The notes under the pieces are model-generated. The model was not told where the DNA came from and did no database searches. It was given only the letters and a program-made list of their open reading frames with translations. From the NCBI RefSeq assembly GCF_016433145.1, contig NC_058132.1, positions 656,211,039 through 656,275,038 on the forward strand: a DNA stretch of 64,000 nucleotides, given 5' to 3'. The position numbers were made by a program, and so were the translations under genes. Positions 34,301 to 44,999 of the stretch are shown in pieces; the stretch's first letter is position 1; each line of letters begins with the position of its first letter. The stretch comes from Gracilinanus agilis (lineage: Eukaryota).

Positions 34301-37300
34301 ATGGGGAAACACTGAGGTCAGGAAACTCAGGCCCGCCTAGGAAAGGAATCTGGCCAAGGTCACAAGGGTTATGTTGGTTGGATTTTAAATAAGAGGAAAA
34401 TTTCACTAAGTGCTAAGTTGACCAAATCTGAGGAGCTGGTGATATATATAGTACACATACAGACTCTCTCTTATTTTAATACTACTGAAAAGCTTTTCAC
34501 TCTGTCCAGGTCCTCTCCAGCCTCTATACTGAAAATGAGATTTGGTGATGACTTCAGTGTGCCATGGGCATCTGGGTCACAGCCGGGAAAGCTCCCACAC
34601 ATGCAGGTAGGCAAGAAAATGAAGTCATTTCTCTAAAGAAGCTAAGCAGCACAACCTCGCCGGGGGCCGGGCAGCCACGTGGTAAAAGGTTTTCAGGCTC
34701 TTCAGGCTGAGGGGCAGTTCTTATGCAACTTAAAACAACTGGGCCCCAGAGAACACCAGGTTTCTGCTCGGAGGGGCCCTCCTGACAGCTTCCTCGTCCC
34801 TCTGCACACGGGCGGGCGGCGAGCACGTAACCGACACGCGTGAATTTCAGCAGCGCCCCACAGGCCGCTGTTACTTAATAGCGAGTTGTTGCTGCGCCCG
34901 AGGGCTGGGTCAGTGCAGGGGCAGGAATCGGGGCTCATCTTACTGCTAACTGCTCAGTGGCTCGACATCGCTGTGGCACCCCTTAACGCCCAGCAGGGCC
35001 CCCTTAGGTAGGTCAAAAGGAAGGACCCGGTTTGCCTACCATCAGCCTCAGCCCCCAGCAATGCAGTTTCCTTTTAATCCTTCCTCTTTTCCAGCAAAGG
35101 GGTCCAAATTCACAATTCCCCGGTTCTGGTTCGATTGAGAGTATCCAGGCTTTGTTTCTGGAGTTTTACGGCTTAAGGAGTTACAAAGTGCTCAAGTCTA
35201 CCCAGCACGAGGCTTTAGCAAACTTAGAAAGAGGCCCGTCCGGAAGGCACACAGAAAAACTATACAGACATCTTAGAGAAATAGGAACAATATTGCTATT
35301 CTTTGCTGTTGTCTACTCGTGACCATCAGCACTTTATAACATTAATTAATTAATAATCAACATCTCCCCATGAGCCAGTAAAAATTCTGGGGGGAGGGGG
35401 AGGCACGGCAGGCTTCTCCTACTGCATTTTGTCCAAAGCAGAAAAGACCTTCCTGTTAATTCACATAAACTTAAGACTAACTGATAACACAGATGTTTAA
35501 TAGTCAAATATCCAGAAACTTGAGAAATACTTTTTATTTTTTTTCCTGCCGTTTCTTCTAAAGTTGATACATAAGAGGCAGGAAGCAACCTATTAAACAT
35601 ATACAAGAAAGCCTATTTTCAGGTATTTCAAACAATTTATATCTCAAAGTGGTCCATAAAGGAGCATATAGTATTAGCCTTCCAGTTTTATTTTTTGAAT
35701 TATTTACATTATTAAACAAAGACTCCAGGGAGTAGATTTTCCTGTAATCTTTGCCTATCCTTTCTCATTTTCTCTTTTAGTTCCAACTAGCACACAATAA
35801 TATGCAAATCAAGGAAGAAACTTCTCGGTGTGTGAAAAACAGTATCATTCTTCCAGTTTATTCATTAAATAAAAGCTCACTACTATGTGTGCAAGGTTAT
35901 AAAAGGGGACATTTAAGAGTAAGATTATGGACCATTTAATTTCTCACACTGCTGGCTACCAAAATGCTAAGTGTGAGATTGGTACCAAATTAGAATCAAT
36001 GGGTAGAAAGGATGAACTTTTCTTTTCCCAAAGATGAAGACTTGTCCAATGATAGAAGGCTCTCCAGAGCAAGTTCCCAGTGAATGAAGAGACAAGCTGA
36101 GATCGGAGGGGCCACAAGGAAGTCATAAGGGATTCACTGAGGGGGGAGCCTCTACCCAATGAGCTCTAAAGTCTCTTCCTAAAAAATCTACTCTTCCTAA
36201 TCTTTTCAGTCATTCCAGGGTATTAGCTGGGTTTACTTAGTTAACTCCTCCCATAGGAATCTGCTCATTTCCCGAGGTTCACCCTCAGATGGGCAGTTTA
36301 GCCCCACGCCCACACTATAACCTTCAAAGAACACAAAAGCTTGAATTTCTATTTGTGAACAGGCTGCTGACACTGAAGCAAATTCTTCCTCTTAAACTTT
36401 AAAGGCAATCTACTTGAAGGTCATCAAGTATTATGATCTTTAAAGACAGGCAGAGATTCAGCATTAGCGGTCTAAAGCTCCATCCTGGTGGGTCCAAGAG
36501 GATTTATTTAGCTGTGTTCTGGAGGATGGGAGTTCATAATTAGGACTACGAAAGCACTATTTAGAAAGAATTAGACAAAGCCAGCTTTCCTCACAAACAC
36601 CACAGCGGGATAATAAATATATATCGAGTACTACGCCTGATTACAAATGAGAATTTAAGTTTTCTGTGTCAAAATCCAGGGTTCATTACATGACACCAAA
36701 GCCACTCTAAGGCAGAGGTCCCTTTTTAGAAACATGTTATAAACCAAGTCTACAGTTCTTACTGCCTGATGTGTTCAAGGGGCTTGGTTATGAAAACCAA
36801 CCAAACTTTATTTAGTTCTTGCCCTCAAGGGGCAGAATCTGTCCAACTGGTGGCAATGGCGTAGTTGGGTTGAGCAGATAACCTGGATAAAAAATAAACA
36901 GACTACCAGGAAAATTAAGGGAAAAAACACTCAACTCAAGAGGTGAAGATGTGGAATCAGGAAATACTTCACAGATGTACCGCATAAGCCAAGCCTTGGA
37001 AAATCAAGTAAGTATGTATTTTGTATGATTTTACTGAAATAGATTATGTTCTAATGACCTAAAAAGCTGTGAGTCTCCCCCCTCAATTAAATAACAAAAA
37101 CAAACCTACAGTACTAACAACTTGGACAGCAAAGACAAAAGCTTTTAACAAGAAACNNNNNNNNNNNNNNNNNNNNNNNNNNNNNNNNNNNNNNNNNNNN
37201 NNNNNNNNNNNNNNNNNNNNNNNNNNNNNNNNNNNNNNNNNNNNNNNNNNNNNNNNNNNNNNNNNNNNNNNNNNNNNNNNNNNNNNNNNNNNNNNNNNNN

Positions 37301-40300
37301 NNNNNNNNNNNNNNNNNNNNNNNNNNNNNNNNNNNNNNNNNNNNNNNNNNNNNNNNNNNNNNNNNNNNNNNNNNNNNNNNNNNNNNNNNNNNNNNNTACA
37401 TGCTTGTAAACTTGTAAAAATGCATAGAAACTTTTACATCCTGCTTGCTTAAAAAAAAAAGGCTTCTGGGTGATTAATATTTATTTCAAATTTCATGCAA
37501 ACTCACATGTCAGATTGCATGGAGGAAAGTAATTTCACCTTAAATGAATTAAGTGTTTCAGTGATAAAAGAAAGCATTGCTGTTTTTTTTCCCAGCCATA
37601 CCAATAACATGCACCAATGACAATGAGGTGGAGAATAAGTCTGATATATCTCATTTCTATCTAGTACAGATATATCAAATTTGACCTAAGTTTTTTTTAA
37701 AATACCAATTAAGTCTAACAAAAGATTTTCTAGGAAAAGAGCATTCATTAATTTCAATGTGATTACAAAACTGGCTTAATAGTAATAGTTCAAAGAATAT
37801 AAGTAAACTACTTCCATTGAACAGCTAAATTAGTTCAGGCAAGTTATAAATTGTTTTGATTTGGAAAAAGTTTAAAAGGCACAGAACTAAAAGAGAAAAA
37901 ATTCACACTATACAGCTGTACAACTGGTTACATTTTAATGACAGAATAAAACAGCATTAATTTGGAAAATTCAATTTTCAGATATTAGAAGTTCAAAAAT
38001 GCCTTTCCCTAAAAGCTTTCTTTCACTGGTTATGGTAGGATGTGGGGGGGAAAGGATGGGGGAGGGAGGGAGAATAGAGAGAAAAAAATGTGTAGCAATA
38101 TTCCCGATAATTTATTATTAAACTGCACTACTCATATAGGGGAGCTTCCCAAATTTCTGTGTTGAACTCAGAAGAGCCCCATCATTGCCAGCTTCTGGAT
38201 TTAGTCAAGTCTAAGGGGAACTGATTCAGGAACTAGCTCCCAATCCCCAGGCAAATAAAATATAAATGACCTAGTATTACTCTCCTTTTGTCACTTCCTT
38301 TCAAACCAATAACAAGTTTGTCTACCAATTATCAGCATTCCATAAGAATGAAGCTTAAGATCTAAACTAAGCCAAGAGCATCCTTCTGCAGGGGATACTA
38401 AATTCATCTACAAATGAAGAGAGCCCTGAAACAAAGACTTTATAAAGTACTTTTCCTTGCATAAGCACATAAAAAAGAGACAACTGTGCAAACTCGGTAA
38501 ACCCTTTAGTTTCATTCTCTGCACTTTGTCTTGTTAGGTCCAATTCCCAAGTCTCACTAATTCAACCCAAACTTCTTATTGTTATTTTTTTCTAACCCAC
38601 TCCTGAGACTGTATCTAACCAGAACAAAATACCTGTTTAATCCCTTTGACTTCAACTTCAACCTTTATCATCCTGCAGTCCTTTCAGATCCGGTATTATG
38701 CGATATATCTTGGTTGAATGGTGAGAAGTATTCTAACAAAAGCCAACCTCAATCGATAAAGAATTAACTAGACTTCAGGGAGATACGAGGGAAACTACAC
38801 AAAGAACTTTGCTGCAAAATTAACTTGGCTACATTGTTTACACTTCCAACTTGGTAGTCAAAACAAGTGAACAGGATGTGCTGCTGCTGCATCACGTCTA
38901 AGCAGAGATCGGCCCTTTCCCTTCTTGAAGCCATAGCTGGCCCCCAATAATGGAGTCAGCTGGAAGCGATCTACCTCCACAAACTTGGCACCCATGAGGA
39001 ACTGCTTTTTTATTAGTTTCTCCAAATTAATTTTAAGCACCACATTATGGTTAAGCACCCATGTGAACTTTTACTCCCTGAGCTGCTTTTTGGCTTCCCT
39101 CTGTCAGATCATTTTATCCTTAATGGGAAATGGAGTTTGGGGGGTTGTTTTCATTAAACCTGATGACACGGGCACACAGTACAGATGTTAAATTTTCAAA
39201 AATGTCGATCTTACCTTTTTCCTCTTAACTGCCGTAAATGGTGAAAAACATTTATCACATCTCTTATTCTACGAGGGGCTTCTTCAATTTTGGAAGCGAG
39301 ATTGATACAAGCCATGGCAACAATCTGAAAAAAACCCATTCCACAACAAGATCAGACGGATATACTAAGTTACGAGAAGATAAAAAAAAGTAACCAAAAC
39401 CGGCTGACTTTGCCCCTGACCAGTGCTTCGATTTCAGAAAGTTAAGGTTGGCCGCCCACCATGGGTGGAAACAAAGTAGCGGCGCTCGGCCAGGGTTGCT
39501 AACTTGGGGTTCAGAAAAGGGGTGCGTGGGTTAAGTATCCCCAAACTTGGATGGGGAAAAAAGTAACGGCTTGTTTGTCCCAAGCTTTGCTTTCCTTGGC
39601 GAGTTCGCTTTATTCGGCACGACTAAAATCATTTCGAGAAGGGAGTCGCGGCCCTCTTTCAGCCGGATCCAGGCATCCACAACCCAAAAAGGAGACCAAC
39701 CCCTGGGCTAAGCTAAAACGAGGGGGGCGGGGGGGGGGGCGCGCCGCTCTGAGTTCAGGGATGTAGAGGTCCCTGCAGGCGCCCCTCCCGGCACTCTGGC
39801 TGGCACCTGGATGACCTTGGCAGCTATCTCGGAGCCACAGCCACCCCCCCTCCCCTAGCCGGTATAACTCCAGGCGGAAGTGAAAGTAACTGGGGTGGGG
39901 GCGGGGCGGCCTCACCTCAAAGCTGTGTTTGACGAAGGACTTGGAGTAGAAGAAGCGGTGGAACAGCACCTGCCCCGTCGCCATCGCCACCTGAAGCCGA
40001 AGAGACCGGAAGCGCGGGGTCAGCCACGAGCCTGGCCCGGCGCCGCCGCCATTTTGTGCGGCCCGAGCCGGGCGCCCCTCCCCCACCCTCCCCACTCGAG
40101 CCCCACCGTGGAGTCCCCCTCTTTCCCGGCCTCCAGTGAGCCCCTACCTGCGGCAGCCGGAGCAGGATGCCGGCGGCCTGGATGAGCTCGCAGCCCAGGA
40201 TGCGCAGGTCCGTCTCACTGGGCAGGTCGAGGCCGTCCTGCATGGACGGCGTAGGCGACAGCCGCTCCTCCGGGATCAGCGAATGGTCGATGGTCAGCGA

Positions 40301-40501
40301 CACCTCCGAGTAGAGCCGGTCGCCGATAAGGATCCCGGCTGCGGGACCGCCGGAGGCCGGGGCTGCTGTGGCCGAGACCGAAGCCGCCGTCGCCGCGGGG
40401 GCCGAGGAGGAGGAGGAGGCAGGGGCAGAGGCCGCCGAGGAGGAGGCCGAAGAGGCTGAGGCCGAGGCCGCAGCCGGGATAGGGTGAGGCCCGGACGCCA
40501 T
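27953..40501 (-). CDS. CCNL1: Cyclin L1, complete 11-exon CDS: join(40148-40501, 39916-39990, 39215-39324, 32295-32415, 31634-31698, 29656-29755, 29445-29549, 29204-29345, 28848-28959, 28665-28763, 27953-28301); 543 aa, cyclin boxes plus C-terminal RS domain
   Basis: Spliced by hand: every junction is GT-AG and in frame, total 1632 nt. The translation matches cyclin L1 as I recall it (MASGPH...[19 protein letters not shown]...GHGRHRR*), and exon 2-11 sizes match the recalled human structure. Confidence 0.98.
28665..28763 (-). CDS. CCNL1: CCNL1 exon 10 (99 nt, RS domain)
   Basis: ctctag|(G)[32 protein letters not shown]+CA|gtaagt. Confidence 0.96.
28848..28959 (-). CDS. CCNL1: CCNL1 exon 9 (112 nt)
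   Basis: ttaaag|(S)[36 protein letters not shown]+GG|gtgagt. Confidence 0.96.
29204..29345 (-). CDS. CCNL1: CCNL1 exon 8 (142 nt)
   Basis: caatag|[47 protein letters not shown]+T|gtaaga. Confidence 0.97.
29445..29549 (-). CDS. CCNL1: CCNL1 exon 7 (105 nt)
   Basis: atttag|[35 protein letters not shown]|gtaatc. Confidence 0.97.
29656..29755 (-). CDS. CCNL1: CCNL1 exon 6 (100 nt)
   Basis: ttccag|(W)[33 protein letters not shown]|gtgagc. Confidence 0.97.
31194..31461. other. Assembly gap inside CCNL1 intron 5
   Basis: N run. Confidence 1.
31634..31698 (-). CDS. CCNL1: CCNL1 exon 5 (65 nt)
   Basis: ccttag|[21 protein letters not shown]+TG|gtaagt. Confidence 0.97.
31860..32060 (-). mobile_element. 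Mar1-type SINE in CCNL1 intron 4
   Basis: ttttcttggcaaagacactggagtggtttgccatttccttctcc tail plus CORE and B box. Confidence 0.8.
32295..32415 (-). CDS. CCNL1: CCNL1 exon 4 (121 nt)
   Basis: aactag|(R)[40 protein letters not shown]|gtgagt. Confidence 0.97.
35960..36185 (+). mobile_element. Ancient CR1/L3 3' remnant in CCNL1 intron 3
   Basis: Weak similarity to the L3 3' end. Confidence 0.35.
37157..37396. other. Assembly gap inside CCNL1 intron 3
   Basis: N run. Confidence 1.
39215..39324 (-). CDS. CCNL1: CCNL1 exon 3 (110 nt)
   Basis: tttcag|[36 protein letters not shown]+AG|gtaaga. Confidence 0.97.
39916..39990 (-). CDS. CCNL1: CCNL1 exon 2 (75 nt)
   Basis: cttcag|[25 protein letters not shown]|gtgagg. 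Confidence 0.97.
40045..40056 (-). promoter_or_regulatory. YY1 consensus site in CCNL1 intron 1
   Basis: CAAAATGGCGGC on the sense strand, a typical position downstream of the TSS. Confidence 0.6.
40148..40501 (-). CDS. CCNL1: CCNL1 exon 1 (coding part, 118 codons, Ala/Ser-rich N-terminus)
   Basis: ATG at 40501. Encodes [13 protein letters not shown]...[20 protein letters not shown]; donor CAG|GTAGGG. Confidence 0.97.
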
Positions 40502-40610
40502 CGTCGCTGCGAGCTCCGCGCACGCCCAACGCAGCCGGAACCCGCGGCGAGAATAACCAGAGTCCTCGGCGGCTGCTCGGCTCCTCCCGCCGCTGCCAGG
40601 TGCCGGGAAG

Positions 40611-40646
40611 CGTCACGCCCTGCTGACGCCTCCGCCGGTGACGTCA
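40611..40646. promoter_or_regulatory. CRE cluster: full TGACGTCA plus two half sites
   Basis: TGACGTCA at 40639-40646, TGACG at 40624-40628, CGTCA at 40611-40615; 110-145 bp upstream of the ATG. Confidence 0.75.
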
Positions 40647-41329
40647 CCACGCACCGTGCAAAGTAGTCCCTGCCCAACTGCCTTGACCCGGAGGGACTAA
40701 TCACGCCCTTACGCTAGTCTGAACGCCCTAGGGTCCCTCCCTGAAAGTCTGCGGCTCAACCTAGGCCCTGGGCCCTGGGTCCTGGGCTCTTTGCTCTCGA
40801 TCTCTCCTAAGGAGCATATCCCCTCGCAAGAAGGAGCGAGACTTGGGGGCCTGGTGCCTCTCGTGGACTTCTTAGGCAGAGAGAGCGATTCCACTGCTGA
40901 CCCCCTTCACTTAGCCCATTCCCCTCGCGACAGTCCAAAGCGACTCACGCTTCGGAAGCCTCCCTGTGGTCTCTGCGCTGGCACCAATTGGGCACAGTCG
41001 ACCCAGACAGGTTCAATGCAGCAGTCCCTGTGTAGGACTCCCACATCAAACCCCCAAAGCCAGGCCTCTGACCTGCGTGTCCATCTCTAGGGGCAAGGGG
41101 CATCACCATTGCTGGCCCCACCAGGCCAGTCACTTACCCTGGTGCCATGTCATTTATTAACAAATCAGGTCTGCCTCCTCCCCAGCATTTCATACTCATC
41201 CACTTCTTTCCATTCATACAGCTACTTGATCCCAGAAAGAAAAGCAAATGGGATTTCAGAAAAATCAAGGAGATGATTCTATTCATGTCAGGGAGTTTGG
41301 AGAAGACCATAGAGAATAGGCATAGTATA

Positions 41330-42780
41330 GTGCAAGACCAGAAAGGGGCAACGACCCATATCCCCACAAAAAGTCAACAAATCTAGTTCCCAAGAAAATT
41401 CTAAAATATGATAAAAATAATGGTGAGCAATTATCTAGGAAAAGAAGCACCAAAAACCTATGTGGAAAAATTGATGCCTGCCTAACCATATTTTTTTTTT
41501 TTTTGGTCTTCAAAGGGTTACTAAATTGGTAGATCAGAGAGGACTGATATTGAAATCATTCCCTATATTTTAGTAAACCACTTGACAAAATCTCTCATGC
41601 TATAGGGTAAATGACTACATTAAGGTGAGTTAAAAACTAAGAGAATGGCTGTATCAACAGAAATTTCTTTTAGTGGTGGCAGAGCAGCCAACTAGTGACC
41701 TAGGCTTGGCCAAATTAACTTATTCATAACTTAAAGACAAATATGTCATGTGCTTATCAAATTTGTGGATGGAACAAAGCTAGGAGAGATAACTAATATG
41801 TTCGATGACAGATTTAGGGGACAAAAAATCTCAATATGCTAGAACAAACATTGTTAGGATTCCAATAAGATTTAATAGACATAAAGTAGCACCTTCTTAA
41901 GCCCAAGATTGAAGAAGCATGGAGAACAATTCATTTGCAAAAGGCCTTTGGGTTTTCATGGACTTTTTAAGTTCAAATCCTAGTAAAGCCTGTGATATGG
42001 CATCCAAAAAAGCTAATGCAGTCTTGGGCTTCATGACTAGGGAAGTGATAGGAGTCACTGTATTCTCTCCCCTTAGATTACATATGGAACACTTTTGTTT
42101 TACATTGGTGTTGTCCAATCATTTCAGTCAGGTCCAACTCTGTGCTTGTTATATGACTTGATATTTTTCTTCACTCTGGACACCACTTTTTATGAAAGAC
42201 ATTGACAAGCTGGAAATTCAGCTCACTTTTTCTCTTGTCAGGATCCTTTTGATTCCTGAATCTGTCACTGATAAACAGGAATGGAGGGCCTGGAGAGGAT
42301 CATGTCACCTGGGGATTTGTTTTTAAAAAAAAAAAAAGAAAATTTGGCTTGGAATAGGTAAGATTAGGGTGACAGGATCATTGTTTTTCAAGCCGATCAT
42401 TCAGAAGAGGGACCTTCAGAATTGTTCTTCTTGACCTCAGATTAGGAGCAATGGATGGAAGTTGCAAGAAGGCCTGCTTAGGTTGAACGTGAAGGGAAAC
42501 TTGGGCTGCCTCAGGAGGTAAAAATGAGAGCTCACATTTAGTTCTAGAAGCTCTTCAGATGTATCTCATTCGATCCTGGCAACCAGCCTATGACACAGGT
42601 GATTCTTTTTACTTAATGCAGTTTAGTTCTCTTTGCCTTATTCTAGGTTGTAGATTCCACTACCTTGGAAGTCTTTAAGCAGAGGCTAGATTGTTTGGAA
42701 TGTTTTCAACAGGAAAGCCCTGTTCAGATACAGGTTGGACTGGGTGGCTTCTCAAGTCCCTTTTGGTTCTGCTATTTGAG
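41330..42780 (+). mobile_element. Degraded CR1/L3 LINE (RT region to 3' end)
   Basis: Recognisable CR1 RT remnants (aaatttgtggatggaacaaagctagg; gcatccaaaaaagctaatgcagtcttggg; aaagacattgacaagctgga) and the 3' end at about 42660-42780. Confidence 0.65.
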
Positions 42781-44999
42781 AATTACATTTGCATCTCCAA
42801 TTTGGCACTTGGGCAAATACTGTTCACAGTGTTACTTAACCTTTGCATGTGTCCATCTTGTCTTCTACAGCAGCTCATAAGCTTGGAGGGTACAGGATTT
42901 GTTTTGCAGCTATTTTATATACCTTGTCCTATAAATTTCAATAGCCTTGTTGCATGAATCTCATTCTTCTCTGGGTCTGCAGCACACCTGGTGGGATCAA
43001 ATCCTTATCTTCTCTCCTAGAACAAATGCTAAAGGCTGATGCTGTTTCAGGAAGGCTTCTTCTGCCATCCTCCTGGAGATAGACAACTGTTTTAGTCTGT
43101 TTCTTAAAGTTGTCTGCAATGGCTGAATGCCCCACATTTTCTAATCTTTTTAGGTGGGGTGTGTGTGTAGGACAGCAAAAATTATAGTGAAATAGTTGTT
43201 GTGACCCGATAAGTGGTGGATAGGACAGTATAGACCACCAAGGGCAGTAAAATCTGTATCTGTGTGTTGTGTCTGGAGGTGTGCCTAGGACATGGGTGGT
43301 ATGTATAATTGAGTAAGGCTTATTATAGAACACTGCCAGGTTGCATCATAGAAAAAATGGAATTATAGAATTTTTAGGGGTGGGGCAAGACCTCAGAGTT
43401 TACTTAAGTCTAACCCCTCCTTATGTTACAGATGAGGAAATAGACTAAAAGACAAAAATAAATATTTGTTGATTTGATTTGACACAGTTAGTGGTTCAAC
43501 CAAACTATTTCCTGGGCTATTTTATGCTATGTATAGTGTTTGGTATTTGGGACTGACCAGCTAAGTTTGGACCCATTCGTGAACTCACAAAGACTGTTTG
43601 TGAGGAAGTTGGTGTAACAATTAAGGAAAAGTAGAGCACGTAAGCAGCTTTACTGGGGCAGTTCTCTACAAACAGACTAAATTTAGCTTTGGTGTTTTTT
43701 ATGTGGTCTAGTGTGGACCACTGGGCAGGATAGGAGTCATTGCCTCAACTTGACAAGGCTTTGAAAGGACCTGGCACTGGCTCAGACCCCCTTCAATGGA
43801 AGTCTAGGCAATTAGCAGACTCAGAGAATGTGTTCTTTTAGCACTAGGAAGATTTGGCAAACATTCTGGTAATTCCGTCAATATAGGTAGCCTGCCTGCA
43901 AATGCACTTCTGAGTTTGAATCAGAATTATCTACATGATGAAAGATCAGGGCTGATGTGACTCATTTAGGGAATTGAAAAGTACCTGCCTGCGGAAGCTT
44001 AGGGGGTAGACCCCAATCACTAATAGTAAAGTAAGTCTTTAGATTTATTTAGACATTAGACATGGAACTTTAGTTCCATCACTTCAGGGTGAGACCATAT
44101 AACTCCATGAAGATTCAAAACAAAAATCCCCCATATTTTCAGATACTGAAGTTTAAGTTTGTTTTCCAGTTTGCCTAATGTAGTCACAATACAGTCCTAT
44201 GCAAATAAAAAGATTTTTCACCCCTATGTAAAAATAAGTTACCAAAAAATTCTAACTTTGACAAGACACTAACTTATTGTTACTAATAACCATTTGATAG
44301 AGAACTTGATTTTGAGCTAGCTGTCAGGAATCCTTTGTTGTCTCTTTTCCAGGATAAGCTTATACAAGACATTGCAGTTCACACATCACAGTAGAGCTTT
44401 GAACCCAGTCATGTGTGCATGAACAGAAACAATGTCTTACAATATTTAAATTACAGCATTTTATTGTTACAAGTAGAACTCATTTGAGTTCTTGAAGGGA
44501 AAAAAAGCATGCCGTGTCTGTCATAATCATAGATCTAGCCCCAAAATGTCTATCAGATGTCAACTATGAAAGCTACATGTGTAAATATGCAGATATGCTT
44601 TATAACATCCATTTTAAAGTTTTCTCAAATGTCTATTTCATCATAATCTTGCTTACTCTAACTACAATCAGGAAAAACATAAAACAAATGAGAAAAGCAC
44701 ATCATCTCCGCATAGGAGAGTAGAATATCTCGCCTTATAAACCCAATAAAGCGGACCCTTCTATACTGGTGTTGGCTTTTGTTTCATAGCCCAGTTACTG
44801 TGTCTAAATTGGGCGTTACTAGAGGATCTGTAAGTTTCACAATCCCCCCACCACAGGTTAATCGGTTCCCCTGTATAGGACTACTCTAGTCTCTCGGATT
44901 CTCCCTCGGGGAAGTGTTTGCCAGCCGCTGTTCTGGTGTGACTGGGCCATGTTCCCTAAGGAGCCCGCTCGTGGAACCTCCTCCCCATTGGATTTGAGA

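Larger units (their letters stand above)
39480..41000. promoter_or_regulatory. CCNL1 promoter CpG island
   Basis: Dense CpG and GC content across exons 1-2 and the upstream region; boundaries approximate. Confidence 0.9.

Noticed and set aside
32416-39214. Exon for the short human gamma-type isoform (recalled as SDQLHLPKPG)
   Set aside because: No matching coding sequence in the visible intron 3. It may be in the 37157-37396 gap, absent, or misremembered.
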